Below are positions 25,796-39,019 of a stretch of 64,000 bases of DNA, piece by piece. Below the pieces are notes generated by a model, which saw only the letters and a program-made list of their open reading frames with translations, had not been told where the DNA came from and searched no databases. Every line of letters begins with the position of its first letter. Within the stretch, counting starts at the first letter, position 1. A program made the translations under genes and the position numbers. The DNA is taken from assembly GCF_018977255.1 (NCBI RefSeq), contig NW_024704742.1, positions 80,664,001 through 80,728,000 of the forward strand, in the 5' to 3' direction. This stretch comes from Callorhinchus milii (taxonomy: Eukaryota).

Positions 25796-27109
25796 CTTGA
25801 TGTTGCTATATTTCTTTGTTTCTATGACCAAAAGTGCAGTCAAACTGTTAGGTATTGAGATGGACTATGCGAGGGAGAGAGTTGGAAGGACTCCAGTATG
25901 AAGTTCCAGAGAATACTTAGACTCATATAACCTCTACAACCACCCCACCCTTACATCACCTCATTTTTGATCCACACCAAACACATTTGTAAACCCACAA
26001 GAACATAGAACAAGAGGACATAGGTTTAGAGTTGTGAAGGACAAATTTAAGACAGATACCCGGAAGTTTTATCTTTACACAGAAGTTAATCATTGACTGA
26101 AACAGGTTGCCAGGAAAGGTAGCAGAATTTAAAGTGCTTCACAGGATTCACTATAAAGTGTAATGACTGTGTGTGTATGGGAAGGGGGGTGGGGGTGGGT
26201 TGCAGGGTGGGTTTGTGGCAGATGCGGTATCAATGCAAGTTATTGTGAAAGCTTCTTGTTGAATTGGCACTTTGATCTGGAAATGATGTCTGATAGACAT
26301 GGGTGAGCTATCACATTGGGAAGCTTCCATTGTTTTACACTCTGAACCCAGTGCCAGTTGCAGTACAACTAATAATATTGCAGTGATCTCCAGACCCTTT
26401 TATGTCATCTATGTTCATGTAATGGAATTTCAACCCCCAAGTCTGTGATTTTCAGCCCCGGTAAGCTATTGATGAAAACACAAAAAGAAGGTTTTCTGAA
26501 ATGCCTCTGAACTCTTCATATTTGGAGATTACTGTCTGTAGAGGCATGCCATTTTAAGCCCATTGACTTTGAGACTTATATACTGAGGAACGAGAGCAAA
26601 GTGACCTGTGGCATATAGTTATAGTGAGTGATGAGCCCAGAGGTCTGAGGCCTTTCAGACAAAGTAAGCTTACGTCAATGTCAAGGACAAACTACCGTGA
26701 TGACCTAGCTTACAAAATCTTCTTAAGAATAAGTGCTTGAGATTGCTTAAGTGTATCCATTTTTTGCTGCAGATTGGCTGAGATGTTGCAGTAAACCTCT
26801 GTAACTTTCATCTCTTTGGGATCTGAACTTTGGCTAAAGGTATTAATCTTTATCATGGGTAATTAAACGTGCTGTCATGATAAATTAGCAAGGTTATTAT
26901 TTTACACACAGATGCTTCGAATTTGTTCATACACTTTGAAGTAAATGTGCACAAAGCTATTCTTTTTCAAGATCGTTTTTTCATTATTGATTTCAAGATC
27001 CTCTCACTCGTCTTCAAATCCCTTCATGCCCTGGCACCTACCTACCTCTCTGAACTGTTTACTCCCAAATCCACTACCCACCAAGCAAGGGAGAGTATCC
27101 TGTTTAATG

Positions 27110-28875
27110 ATGTCACCAAGGGGGAGTCGAAGAACAACCCCAGGCTACTGTTTTCTACCACATCCCGACTCCTACATCCCCCCCGCCACCCCGCACAGGT
27201 CATCTCCTCCAACCTTCACTGCGAGGAGATGCTGGATTTCCTTGAATCCAAAATCAAGGGAATTCGCTTCACGGTCACTTCCCCTCCAACATCCACCCAC
27301 CCCCACCCCCTCCCTCCCACACTCCAACTCCTACCCATCCTCCCCTACACACTTTTGTACCCGTTTCCCCATCCTCTGTCACCAAACTCATCCTATCCCT
27401 GAAACCCACCACCTGCTCCCTTGACCCCATCTCCACTCCACTCCTTATCTCCCAGCTCCACCTCCTTGCCCCACATATCACAGACATCGTCAACCTGTCC
27501 CTCTCCTCTGGCTCCATTCCCATTCCCTTAAAAACTGCCACCATCACTCCCACCTTGAAAAAACCCTCCCTTGATGCATCGCAGCTATCAAGCTACCGAC
27601 CCATCTCCAACCTCCCCTTCCTGTCCAAGGTCCTCGAAACAGTTGTCGCCTCCCAGCTGTGCTCTTTCCTCTCCACCCATTCACTATTCGAAACCCTTCA
27701 GTCGGGTTTCCGTGCTGCCCATAGCACAGAAACTGCCCTGGTCAAGGTCACCAATGACATCCTGACCATCTGTGACCAGGGCTCCCTCTGCCTCCTCGTC
27801 CTCCTCGACCTAACGGCAGCATTCGATACGGTCGACCATGCTATCCTCCTCCACCGCTTGTCCTCCCACCTCAACCTTCAAGGCACTGTCCTTGAGTGGT
27901 TTAGGTCGGACCTCTCCCACCGTCTTCACTATGTTTCCATAAATGGCTTTTCCTCCACCCCCCGCACTTTCTTATGCGGTGTCCCTCAGGGCTCTGTCCT
28001 CGGTCCCCTCCGTTTCACCCTCTACATGCTCCCCCTTGGTGACATCATCCACAGACATGTGGTTAACTTCCACATGTATGCGGATGACACCCAACTCTAC
28101 CTTTCCTCCTCTACCCTGTTTGACCCTGTGCTGTCCTTTCTCCCTCACATCCGCACCACAATTGGCACTGCCTTCCATCACCTCCGGAATATCGCCAGAC
28201 TACGGCACTACCTCACCCCTCACGCTGCTGAAACTCTGGTCCATGCCTTTATCACCTCAAGGCTGGACTATGGGAACTCTCTCCTCGCCGGCCTTCCCGC
28301 CACCTCCCTCCACAAGCTGCAGGTCATTCAGAACTCTGCAGCTCGTGTACTGTCCCGCACCAGGCTTCGGGACCACATCACTCCCACCCTCGCTCGCTTC
28401 CACTGGCTCCCCATCCCCCAGAGGATCGATTTCAAGATCCTCATCCTCACCTACAAGGCCATTCACGGCCTTGCTCCCTCCTACCTCTCCGATCTACTAT
28501 CCCCCTACCTACCTGCCCTCACCCTCCGTTCCTCTGGCTCCGGTCTGCTCCACATCCCCCGCCCCAACCGCCCTACCATCGGTGGCCGGGCCTTCAGCCT
28601 CTCAGCCCCTAGGCTTTGGAACTCTATACCCCAGTACCTTCGCCGCCTCCTCCCTTTCCTCCTTCAAGGCCGGTCTCAAGACCTTTCTCTTTGACCGTGC
28701 CTTCGGCTCCCCTCTCGACTCTCTACCCCCTCCTCGCTCCCTCCCTTCCCTCCCCTCACCCTGACCATTTCCCCCCTGTTCGGGTCCTGACCCAACTGTA
28801 CAGTGCCTTGGGCCTTGGGACGTCCTCCCGACGTGAAAGGCGCTCTATAAATGGAATGTTGTTGTTGTTGTTGTT
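27110..28875 (+). mobile_element. Young L2 with a 379-aa open RT frame (27555-28694) and an in-frame internal deletion
   Basis: [54 protein letters not shown] joined directly to LFDP; intact tail. Confidence 0.97.
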
Positions 28876-29159
28876 AATGGAATACCTGTCACCTTTATCC
28901 CTATTATTTCCTCATGTGGTTTGTCTTCCCCTTCGAATGGCCACATTAGTATCATTTCTTTGCTTGATCCCCACACAAGTTTTTTTTTACCCGCTTCAGC
29001 AATTTGTTCTCAGCTGGAAGACCACTTCTGCACTTATGCATAGAATCTGTTTGTGTCCGTCAGTAATGGGATCCATTCAGAATCATTTACTTGGAAGAGA
29101 ATGTCAGTCACCTCTGCACTGGTCTCCGAATATAAAGTTATGAATTTGTCATTATTCTA

Positions 29160-29607
29160 CATAGCCTGGTTCAGTAGCCACTCCTCACCTCTGAGTCAGA
29201 AGATTGTGGGTTCAAGCCCCAGGTCGAGACTCAAAATCACAGTTTAAGCAGACACTCCAATGGAGTGTTTGGGGCGGGGTGGGGGGTGGAGGTTGCAATG
29301 TTGAGATTTCATCTTTGGATGAGATGTTAAACCGAGATCCTGTCTACCTGTTCAGTTGGATGTTAAAAATTCCATGGTACTATTCGAAAAGAGAAGGGAG
29401 TTTCTCCTGGTGTCCTGGCCAACAATAAGCCTAAATAAAATTGCTCACTCACTCCATAACTGTTTGTGGGACATTGCTGTGCAGAACTGGCTGAAGCTTT
29501 TGCACACAATACACAGTCGATCTACTTTACATTATATCCTGTGAAACGTTTTGAGACATCTCTATGATGTGATAAGGTGCTATATCAAATGCAATGATTA
29601 TTATTAG
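29160..29607 (+). mobile_element. Near full-length tRNA-headed Deu-domain SINE (SacSINE1-like)
   Basis: CCTCTGAGTCAGAAGATTGTGGGTTCAAGCCCC head; GGATGAGATGTTAAACCGAG..GGTGTCCTGGCCAA Deu core; L2-type tail. Confidence 0.8.
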
Positions 29608-30949
29608 TTTATATTACAAGATGTGATGGCCTTCCAAGCTAAAACTAGATAGAATTTTGAAGCTTAGGGCCTTACTTTTCTTCTTCTGCCTTCCATTGTT
29701 CTCAAACTAAAATTGCAACTGCATAATTTAGTCTCAAATTTCTAATGTTAAATACAGGAAGATACTTGTTAGAAAACTTGGTAACTGTAGATATTGATAG
29801 CCATGCTCATGTCTACTCATTGAATCGGTGGTTGTTCCTTTGATGTGATATAGTTTCCAGTCATGCCTCAGTGATTCTATTTTTTATCAAAGTGAGGGCA
29901 TCTCTCTACAGACTCATTCTACTGCTCCTTCACAGAACAAAAATAATAAATAATACATACAATTCGTATCCTCCCCAACCATCTCAAACATCTTTCAGTG
30001 TTTTAAAAATCCTTACTTTAGCCTTTCGATAATGAGTTCCTTTGAAGTGTAGCGACTGAGTCAATGGGCAAACACAGCAGGAATATCCACTAATAGCAAT
30101 AGAGTGAATGGCCACAGATTGTTATCTATCTTTGATAAGTCAGATGTATCCTGGCAAGAACAAAAAGTCCCTGTCTTCTCTGAAGTAAATTAGTATCTTT
30201 AATGTTCGGATGAATCACTGGGTCAGGCAAATGGGAACTCAATTTGGCACCTCAGCTGAGAGATGGCACATCCAACAAAGTAGCTTTTCCTCCGTTTTAC
30301 AGTGAGGTGTCACCCTAGGTTATGACCTTAGTTCCCGATATTCAGTTGAAACCAGCCTCCAGCACTAGAAGTGAGAACAATGCCAAGCTGACATCAGTAG
30401 AACCCCAATTGCTAAATACATGATAAGTGATTCATGATTATCTTTCTCTTCGAAGAAAGTTTGGAGTTCTCTGTCACTGGTAAAGATGGTGTTTCTGCCA
30501 AAGAAGTGGATGATTCCTCAGATCATATAATGCAGTCTTTAAATTGATTTTGGAAACCTGTGCCTGGCTGGTGCCAAGTGATAACATTTCTAATAAATAT
30601 GTGCAGATTTTCTTTTCTGTGCTGCTTATCATTTCACTGGGCATTCAGAATATCATTCAAACTTGTGGAATGCATCATTCTTTTCAGAAGTGTAGAAATT
30701 AACAGCACTGTATATTGATACGTTTCCCCCACCCCTGTCAGTTGGAAGAGTTTTTTTGGTTCAGTGGGTAGATCTTGAACATATTTAGTCGAAGAATAAA
30801 CAGAAATAGACACGTCTATTCTGAAATTAATCATAAGAATCCTTGCATTTGATAAAGCACCTATACCATAAACAAATCTTCAAGGGGAATTGTTGTAAAG
30901 TGAAGGGACAATCTATGTATGGGTAAACACAACAGGCAATTAAAGACAA

Positions 30950-31910
30950 CAAAAACAGAAGTCACTGGGAACACTCAGCAGGTCAGGCAGCATCTATTGG
31001 AGAAAGGAAAGTTTTCTGTCAAAGGATTGCAACAAAACAGGGGAATAGAGGTGTTAATAATGTAAAACAAGTGGGGAGGGTGGGGTAGAATTGCAACAAG
31101 ATAGGAGGACTGGAGAGAAAAGGTGTGTCTGGGACCCAAATGATGTTGTAATGGTCACAGAAGAGGGGGAGGGGGAAGGTGAGCTGTTATGGTCTGAAAT
31201 TGTTGAAATCAATAATGAGGCCAGAGGGCTGTAAGGTAAATGATAAATGAGGTGCTGTTCCTCGAGCTTGCGCTGTGGTTCATTGGAACAGCGTAGGAGG
31301 GCGCTATATAAATCCAAGTTGTTGTTGTTGTAGGAGACTGTGGATGGAGAGGTCAGAGTGCGAGTGGGAGGGAGAGTTGAAGTGGCAAGAAACTGGAAGC
31401 TCAGGGTTGTGCTTGCGGACAGAATGGAGGTGTTCAGCAAATCGGTCACCCAATCTGTGTTTCATCTCTCCAATGTAGAGGAGACCACATCATGAGCAGA
31501 GAATGCAGTAAACTACATTGGTGGTAATACATGTAAATCACTGTCTCACTTGAAAACTCTGTTTGGGGCCCTGGTCAGTGGTATGGGAGGAGTGCAGCTG
31601 TTTTTTTTTCTCTGGTCTGCCTATTTTGTTGCAATTTCCCCCCACCCTTTTATTTTGCATCATCAAGACCTCTTTAACTCATCACCCCCTGTCCTCTACT
31701 CCATTTTCTCCTTTGTCTTTGTTGCCCTGCCTCCCCCCTCTCGTTAGCTCTTAAAAGCCTCTCTCTCCCAACATGCCCCAATTCTGACCAAGGGTCGTGG
31801 ACCCAAAACGTTGAGTCACTTTCCTTTCTCCAGAGATGCTGCCTGACCTGCTGAGTGTTCCCAGATTTTGTTTCAGATTTCCAGCATCTGCAATATTTTG
31901 CCTTTTGTTT
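30950..31910 (-). mobile_element. Penelope-like element remnant: GIY-YIG endonuclease between inverted terminal repeats
   Basis: Minus 31575-31195 reads FTCITTNVVYCILCS*CGLLYIGEMKHRLGDRFAEHL..VSCHFNSPSH..RKLEEQHLI; CTGGGAACACTCAGCAGGTCAGGCAGCATCT at about 30965 recurs inverted at about 31835-31865. Confidence 0.9.
31784..31812 (+). ncRNA. Decayed minimal hammerhead ribozyme motif
   Basis: CTGACCA-AGGGTC-GTG-GACCC-AAAACGTT equals CUGANGA-stemII-GAAA with two core substitutions, within a Penelope terminal repeat. Confidence 0.65.
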
Positions 31911-32643
31911 AGCCAATTAAAGATCTTATGATAATATTCAGAAAGAGAATTGGGTTTTCCCTTGCGCCCTAGCCAACAATCTCCCAAATAAAATTTGTTA
32001 ATCACTGCATGACTATAGGACATTGCAGTTCATATATTAGCTGCTGAGTTTGCCTACAAATTTACAGCAGCACACAGAAGTGGAAATACATTGATGTGAA
32101 TGGATGGTAACATTCCACACCCCTCAGTTTATAATCTGGCCAATGACCTTGCTAAACCCTACACCATAATTGCTCTGCATCTTTAAGACAGATCTTAGCT
32201 GCAACCTGCTCATATGGCTTCCTGTTGATACCCACTGAAATTAATAATAATCTGACAAAATATACAACAAAAGAAATACTCAAATATTCGGTCTAAAAAC
32301 TGCAGCAGACAACTTTATTGATTTAATGTCATAACTTCAAAAGTAGAATAATAATCCTTGCATTTGATATAACACCTTATCACATCATTGAGACACCTCA
32401 AAGCACTTCACAGAACACATTGTAACATGGATTGACTGTGCATTTTGTGGGAAAGATGTGCAGCCAATTGCACACAGCAGTTTCACTGTTTCTGATGAAT
32501 ATCCCATGATTGGCATTACCACACATCCAAGAGCCCCATACCTAAATGGCTCCAGCAGTATTTTTGCATTGATCTATTTGATCTTTCATGGGTCTACATT
32601 GTCCTGGTCAAAATAGAGATAGATGCCCACAGCCAGTTTATTA

Positions 32644-32950
32644 AATAATAATAATAATCTTTGCATTTGATATAGCGCTTTTCACATCTTCAAAGCGCTT
32701 CACAGAATAGACTGTAAAGTGAATTAACTGTAAACTTGTGGGCGAAATGCGGCAGCCAATTGTGCACAGCAGTGTCCCACAAACAGTTGTGGATTGAAAT
32801 GACCAATTCATTATTGTTTTTTATCTTTAGGGATTATTATCAGGCGTGTGGAGTTAGGAAACTTGCCCAAGGTTTCACCCTGCTGGGAATCGAACCCAGG
32901 TCTCTCACTTGCAAAGTGAGTGCTCTAACCACTGAGCTACAGGACTCCAC
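32644..32950 (-). mobile_element. Full-length tRNA-Ala-derived SINE
   Basis: B box GGTTCGATTCC; same family as 4081-4393. Confidence 0.93.
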
Positions 32951-34886
32951 ATAGTGATGATCTCCAAACAACAACAACAAGATTTCATTTATAGAGCGCC
33001 TTTCATGTTGGGAGGACGTCCCAAAGCACTGGACAGTTGGGTCAAACACCAGCTCGTTGTCTTTTGTAATGTTCTATATTCACTAACTATGACAGAGCCT
33101 TAATATATTGCAATGTGCCATCTTCAAAAAAGTAACCTGAAAACCATTGATTGAAGAACTATGATCATCTCCCCTTTCTTCACGGCATCAAAGCTCCTCC
33201 ATTGTTAAGTGCACCGAGACACTACCCCTTGAAGGGCGATATAAATGCAGGTTGTTGTTATGCAATCTTAAATTTCTTTAATCAACATCTAGCATGAATC
33301 CCAATTCAGTGATAGATGGTTATCACTTTTTCAAAGTAACTTTATTATGTATTTTCAAAACTTGGGGATGATACCGTTAATTACATTAGCTGAGCTGAGA
33401 GGTTTTGGAGAACATTTACCCATAGCTCCATTGCCCCTTCAGTATCTCCAGAATTGCTTCCTTTGCATTTCTTTATCTCAAGTCGTCCCTACCTTCAGCA
33501 TAGATGATAGATTAGGTTTCTGATACTCATCACTCGCGGTCTTACAACTACAATATTTTTCCAAAGTCGCATTAAAGAAGGAAGATGGGCCCCACACAGT
33601 TTGGAGTTTCTTGTCCTATTTGTGCTGCTCTCCCTCTACAACTGAAGAGAGAGAGAAGCATTAAGCTCATTGATTTATTCATGGTTCAGAATCTGTCTTG
33701 CTGTGTCCTCTCTTTAATCTTAATTACCTATTCTATGGCATTAGTTTGTATTACGCAGGCTTTGTTCTTTGATCATCATAGACAAGTTCACTCATCACCC
33801 TGCACAGGGCAGAATTTTCACATCACTAATTAGTCTGACTGCATCTTTAATCTGAGAAAAGGTTAGCATTTGTGGTGGTTCTGAACTAATGCTTGCATTA
33901 AACTTCCCTCACCAAGTGGCAGCACACTCCCCCTGGTAATGACTTAATCAATACCAGATCCAAAACCAAACATTTCATATTAATAATCCTTTCATTTGAT
34001 ATAATGTCTTATGATGTCATAGAGACTTCACAAAGTGCTGCATCGGATATATTATAAAACGTGGTGTGACTGTGTATTTTGTGGGCAAACAATTTTGTTG
34101 TTAAAATTTGAAGCAAGGTATTTTTGTTTTGCTGTCATGTGCCTTAGAGGGGCTGCTAAATTGTCTCTTTTGTTTCATATTTAATTCTGCTGCTTGATCA
34201 GCCAAGGTGAGGTGAAATCCCAACTCTCCCCCTCAACATATATTACAATTTTGGCAATCAGCCTAGCCTGCTCAATTGTGTATTTTTGGCTGGGCAGAGA
34301 GAAAGAAAAGATTTCTACCCCTCCTCCACAGATCAAGTTTAGAAATAAATATTAAACAGAAAAAAACTCTAGTCAATTTTTTTTAAATCCTCGCTTAAAA
34401 TGTTTGCAAATGGCAAATGATGTATCTGAAAAGGAGGAAACCACTTGCATGGAGGGACACCATGCCACATTCTGGGCAATTATATTTAACACTGACAGGA
34501 GATAAGAAACCCTGAAAATTTTACACCTATATCAAACTTGCAAGTGTGGCATTTTTATTAGCTGCAGATCTGGGTTGGTGCTGCAATGTGTAGATACCAT
34601 ACTTTAGATTTGAAGTTAAACTGAAGTCCTGTCTACCTATCCAAGAGGATGATAAAGAGCCCCTGACACTATTTGGAACAAGACATGAGTTTCTTTGGTG
34701 TTCTGGCCAACAATCCCTCAAATAAAACTTGATTATTCGACAACAACAAGTTACATTTATATAGAGCCCATCATCCAGTTCTGGAATGCCTAAGTGTGGC
34801 AGAACCTGACACTGAGCTGGGGGGATAGGGGAAGTGACTGTAGGTACTGTCGAAAAGGAAGGTCTTCAGGTATTATCCGGGGAATT

Positions 34887-35135
34887 ATTTTTTAGTCAGT
34901 TGGGTGTCATGTGTGGAAACCCATCATCATACTTAAGAGTATCCAAACAAAACAATTCCAAGCATCCCACATACACATGGAAATTCACGAGATAAATTGT
35001 TGGAATGGAATGTGGATCTCTCCCTGGAGGGATGCATCCTGCTTACCTAATTTGGAATGTATTAGGTTGGCAAGAGTGTGCGTTGGGGTACTGCTGGAGT
35101 CTAACCAGATAAAACTGCATAGCTTTCCATTGATA
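34887..35135 (-). mobile_element. Putative 3' UTR of the unclassified non-LTR family
   Basis: Colinear with 39798-40085; ends GACACCCAACTGACTAAAAA on the minus strand. Confidence 0.8.
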
Positions 35136-35580
35136 GCACTGTCTGAAAATAGGGAAGTAGGGGGCAATGCAGAGGGACTGAGGGAGAGTGTTCCAAAATT
35201 TCAGAGCAAAATGAATGAAAGCCACCCATGGCGGACAGGAGGGGATGAAGCATAAGCAGGAGACCAGTCAGCTGAGTAGAAGAGGTGAGCTGTGAAATGG
35301 GAAGTGAACAAGCTTAAGAGGTAGGAAGGTCCAGGGGATGACGGGATTTGTACACAAGCGTGAGGATCTTGAAGCCAATCCATTCTATGTTAGGGAACTA
35401 ATGGAGCCTGGCAAAAACTGATGTGATTGGGGTACACAGTTTAGTGCAGTTGAGTAGATGGGTGAGAGAGTTTTTAATTAGTTAGATGTTGTGAACAGTG
35501 GAGCTGGGGAGACTGGCAAGGAGAGCATTGGAATAATCAAAGCAGGAGATGACGAAAGCGTGGATGAGGGTTTCAGCTAA
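35135..35580 (-). mobile_element. Old L2 3' fragment
   Basis: ETLIHAFVIS..DYSNALL, DWLQD, FWNTLPQSL homology. Confidence 0.75.
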
Positions 35581-36204
35581 TGTGCACAATAATAGAAATT
35601 TGCTATGCACACATTAGCAGCCAATTTGCATGTAGCAATGTTCAACAAGCAGTCATTCACTGCTTGGCTGCAGATGCACAGATTATTAATATTTTAAATC
35701 TGCTTCAAATTAACCTTACAGCCAACTAAAAATCCCATCTCCAAAATAGTTACAAGTAGAAAGACAATTGAAAGATTTTCAAGTGAAAAAGGTACAAGCG
35801 GTTTAAGATAGTTATAACAATAGAATACAAAATTACATTTGTATAGAGTCTTTCACATCAGGAGGACGTGATGCGTTTATGAAAAAAAATACAAATGAAG
35901 TATAGAAAATGGATAGAAATAAAATGATGGCAAGACATGTGCAGGTGAAGTCTTATTTATTGAATAGTTTGAGGTTAATATTCCAGTAGTGAAACTAATA
36001 CAGGTAATAATAAAATAATAGTAATTCTTGCATTTGATACAGCACCTTTCACATCAGAAGCATGTCCCAAAGCGCTTCATAGGATATTCTCTAAAGTGCA
36101 CTGATTGTATTTTGTGGGCAAATGTGGCAGCCAAATTGCACACAGCAATGTCTCGCAAACAGTCATGAAACAAATGACCAGTTTTATTTCGGGGATTGTT
36201 AGAA

Positions 36205-37090
36205 TTATAGATTCATAGAATTATAGAATATTAAAGCACAGAAGGAAGCCATTCGGCCCATCATGCCTGTGCAGGCTCTTTGGAAGAGCTACCCGATCAG
36301 TTTCACTCCACTGTTCTATCCCCATATCGTTGCAAATGTTTCCTTTTCAAGTACCTATCCAATTCCCTTCTGAAAGTTATTATTGAATCTGTTTCCATGT
36401 CCCATTCAGGCAGTGCATTCCAGACTGTAACAACTCTGTAAAATAATTGCCAATTATCTTGAATTAATGTTCCTTGGTTACCGACACACCTGCCAGAGGA
36501 AACAGTTTCTCCCTATCTACTTTATCAAATCGATTTATTATTTTGAACACCTCTATTAAATCTCCCCTTAACATTCTAAAATATGAATAATAATTCTTGC
36601 AGTTAATATAGTGCCTTATCACATCTTTGAGACATCTCAAAGCGATTCACAGAATATACTGTAAAGTGAATTGATTCTATATTTTGTGGGTGAAACAGAG
36701 AACAATCCAAGTTTGTCTAGTCTCTCCACATAACTAAAGTCTTTCGTACCTGGTACTATTCTGTTAAATTTCCTCTACACTTTCTCCAAGCCCTTGATAG
36801 ATACAATACTCCAACTGAGGCCTAACCAATGATTTATTAAAGTATAGCAGAGCTTCTTTGCTTTTGTACTTTAGGCCTCAATTTATAAATCCAAGGATGC
36901 CATATGTTTAGTTATCAGTTCTATCAACTTATCCTGCCACCTTCAAAGACCTGTGTATGTGAACACCCCTAGGTCTCTCTGTCTGCATTAAACTTCATCT
37001 GCCATGTGTCTGCCCACTTCACAGTCTGTCGATGTCCTCCTGAAGTCTGCTACTATCCTTCTCATCATTTACTATGTTCCGGAGTTTTAT
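36205..37090 (-). mobile_element. Degraded CR1 3' region with a nested SINE tail
   Basis: CATAGAATTATAGAA tail and GCCATTCGGCCCATC; homology to 18951-19900. Confidence 0.85.
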
Positions 37091-39019
37091 GTTGGCCAGG
37101 ACATCAAGAGAAACTCCCTTTGCTACTCTAATGCATATCTTTCCATTGTAATATTACTGGGGGGAATATGCAACATAACACTATGTGTCCTGAAAATATA
37201 CAGAGCTTGTCAGCCCAGAGCAATAGAAGCTTCTGTAGAACTGACACCAATTTAGAGTTAATGATATTTTACATATCTCTTGTATCTGTTGGCAACTGCT
37301 TGATAAAATGATGGGATGAAAAATGTGACATTTTGCAACAGAATCATTCCAATAAGTGTGGCATTTTTCACATTGATAAATAATACATAGAAGTTCTTAA
37401 AGAAATAAAAGAATTTCATGCAGCAAAAAGTTAATTTCAGTGCAAGGGAATCCAAAGCTCAAATTCCCTGTTTTTATTTTCATTGGTGAAACTATTTGTA
37501 TTCAGGTTCAAAGTAGAGATGAATGATTCTTCAATTTTGGCAAGGCTGAAATAAAAATAACTTGTCTTGAAGTTGATTTTTGTCAGCTCAGTGTGCACAG
37601 AATTATAGGTTCAATTCCCAAAAGGCAGGTTACTCTTTAGACAAGAATAAGACCAACAAACAAAATCTTGATATTTCTTAACAAAAAAAATTATTTCCTT
37701 CATTAAAAGATGTAGAAGATGAATAACAGATGCTTTTAATTACTTCTGCAGTGACAGTCTCTAAGGATTAACTGTACAAGGTAATGGATGTTCGTGCCCC
37801 AGAAATGTTTTATTGGGCTGTGACTCAATGGTTTTCATCGCACAGTTGGATAGGGACAGGCTATACGTCATCCTTAGGCCAAGAGTGAGTGTCGATATAG
37901 TGGAACACTCTCAGCAGAACTACTAATGTTCTCCAGTCATGTATTGTGGTACGGTATGATCACAATTTTTGGACAGGTCTAACTTAAAATACCTTTAAAA
38001 TAATTTGTTGGAATGCAACAACAACAATTTATATTTTGTGGTGCATTCATATTGGGGGAAAACAATCTCAGGGCAATTTACACAGACTGGGCAGGAGTCC
38101 AAGCTGGAAGGGAGCACGGAGGAGGAATAAGGCTAAAAATACAGGCAAAGCTAGGTCAAAGCAAAGTTGAAAAAAAAAGACACACTTGTTTTTCTATTAA
38201 TCTTGTTTTCAAAAAAAATAGCATTGGGAAGGTGTTAAAGTTGATACTAGGGAGGATACTTGTGGCCAGGACATTGGACTCATTTAAAAAGCAGCTTGGT
38301 ACTATGATGGGATGGTAGGGTGGGTGTTCTGGAAGGATTGAGATCAGATGGGCCAAAGAGACTTCTTCACCCAAACCAATCTTGTGATCTTGTGACCCCC
38401 TTGGAACTTTACTCAGACATCCAATCCAAGATAAGCAGCTCAGTGGAATTCCAGCAGGTCGGCTATGATAAATTCTCCAATTTGCGATTTGCAAATAATT
38501 TTGTGAATCTTGCATTTAGACTTCATTGCAATACTGCTCATTTCAATGAAAATTTATATTTCTTGTCACTCACACGAGCTAATGAAAATGAATAACATAG
38601 CACGTTTCTACAAGGCTTGTGGAAATAGCATTGGATGCAGAGAGGGGAGTGATGAATACATTGGGGTCTAATTTGTAGGTTGTGTTAACAACGTGTAAAC
38701 ACGTGTACAGAAATGCAGTAATTATATAATTAAGAAAACACTGGAAAAGATTATAGGTGATATCATTTTTAATTGTAGGCAACTGAAAATCCTTTTATAT
38801 GCATTCATAAGTGGAGGGGTTTATCCCAGTGTCCTGGCCAATAATCCCCCAAATAATAAAATAATAATAATCCTTGCATTTGATATAGCACTTTTCACGT
38901 ATTCTAGATATCTCAAAGATATCTCAAGACATTGTCATACATAATTCCAACAGTCTGGTGGTCCTCAGACAATACAATAGTCCAGGAAATCAAATAAACT
39001 TCTACCTTAGACAGAGGTT

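Noticed and set aside
27943..28764. Ser/Pro-rich and antisense ORFs over L2 and CR1 copies throughout the window
   Set aside because: Off-frame or antisense shadows of C-rich ORF2 sequence.
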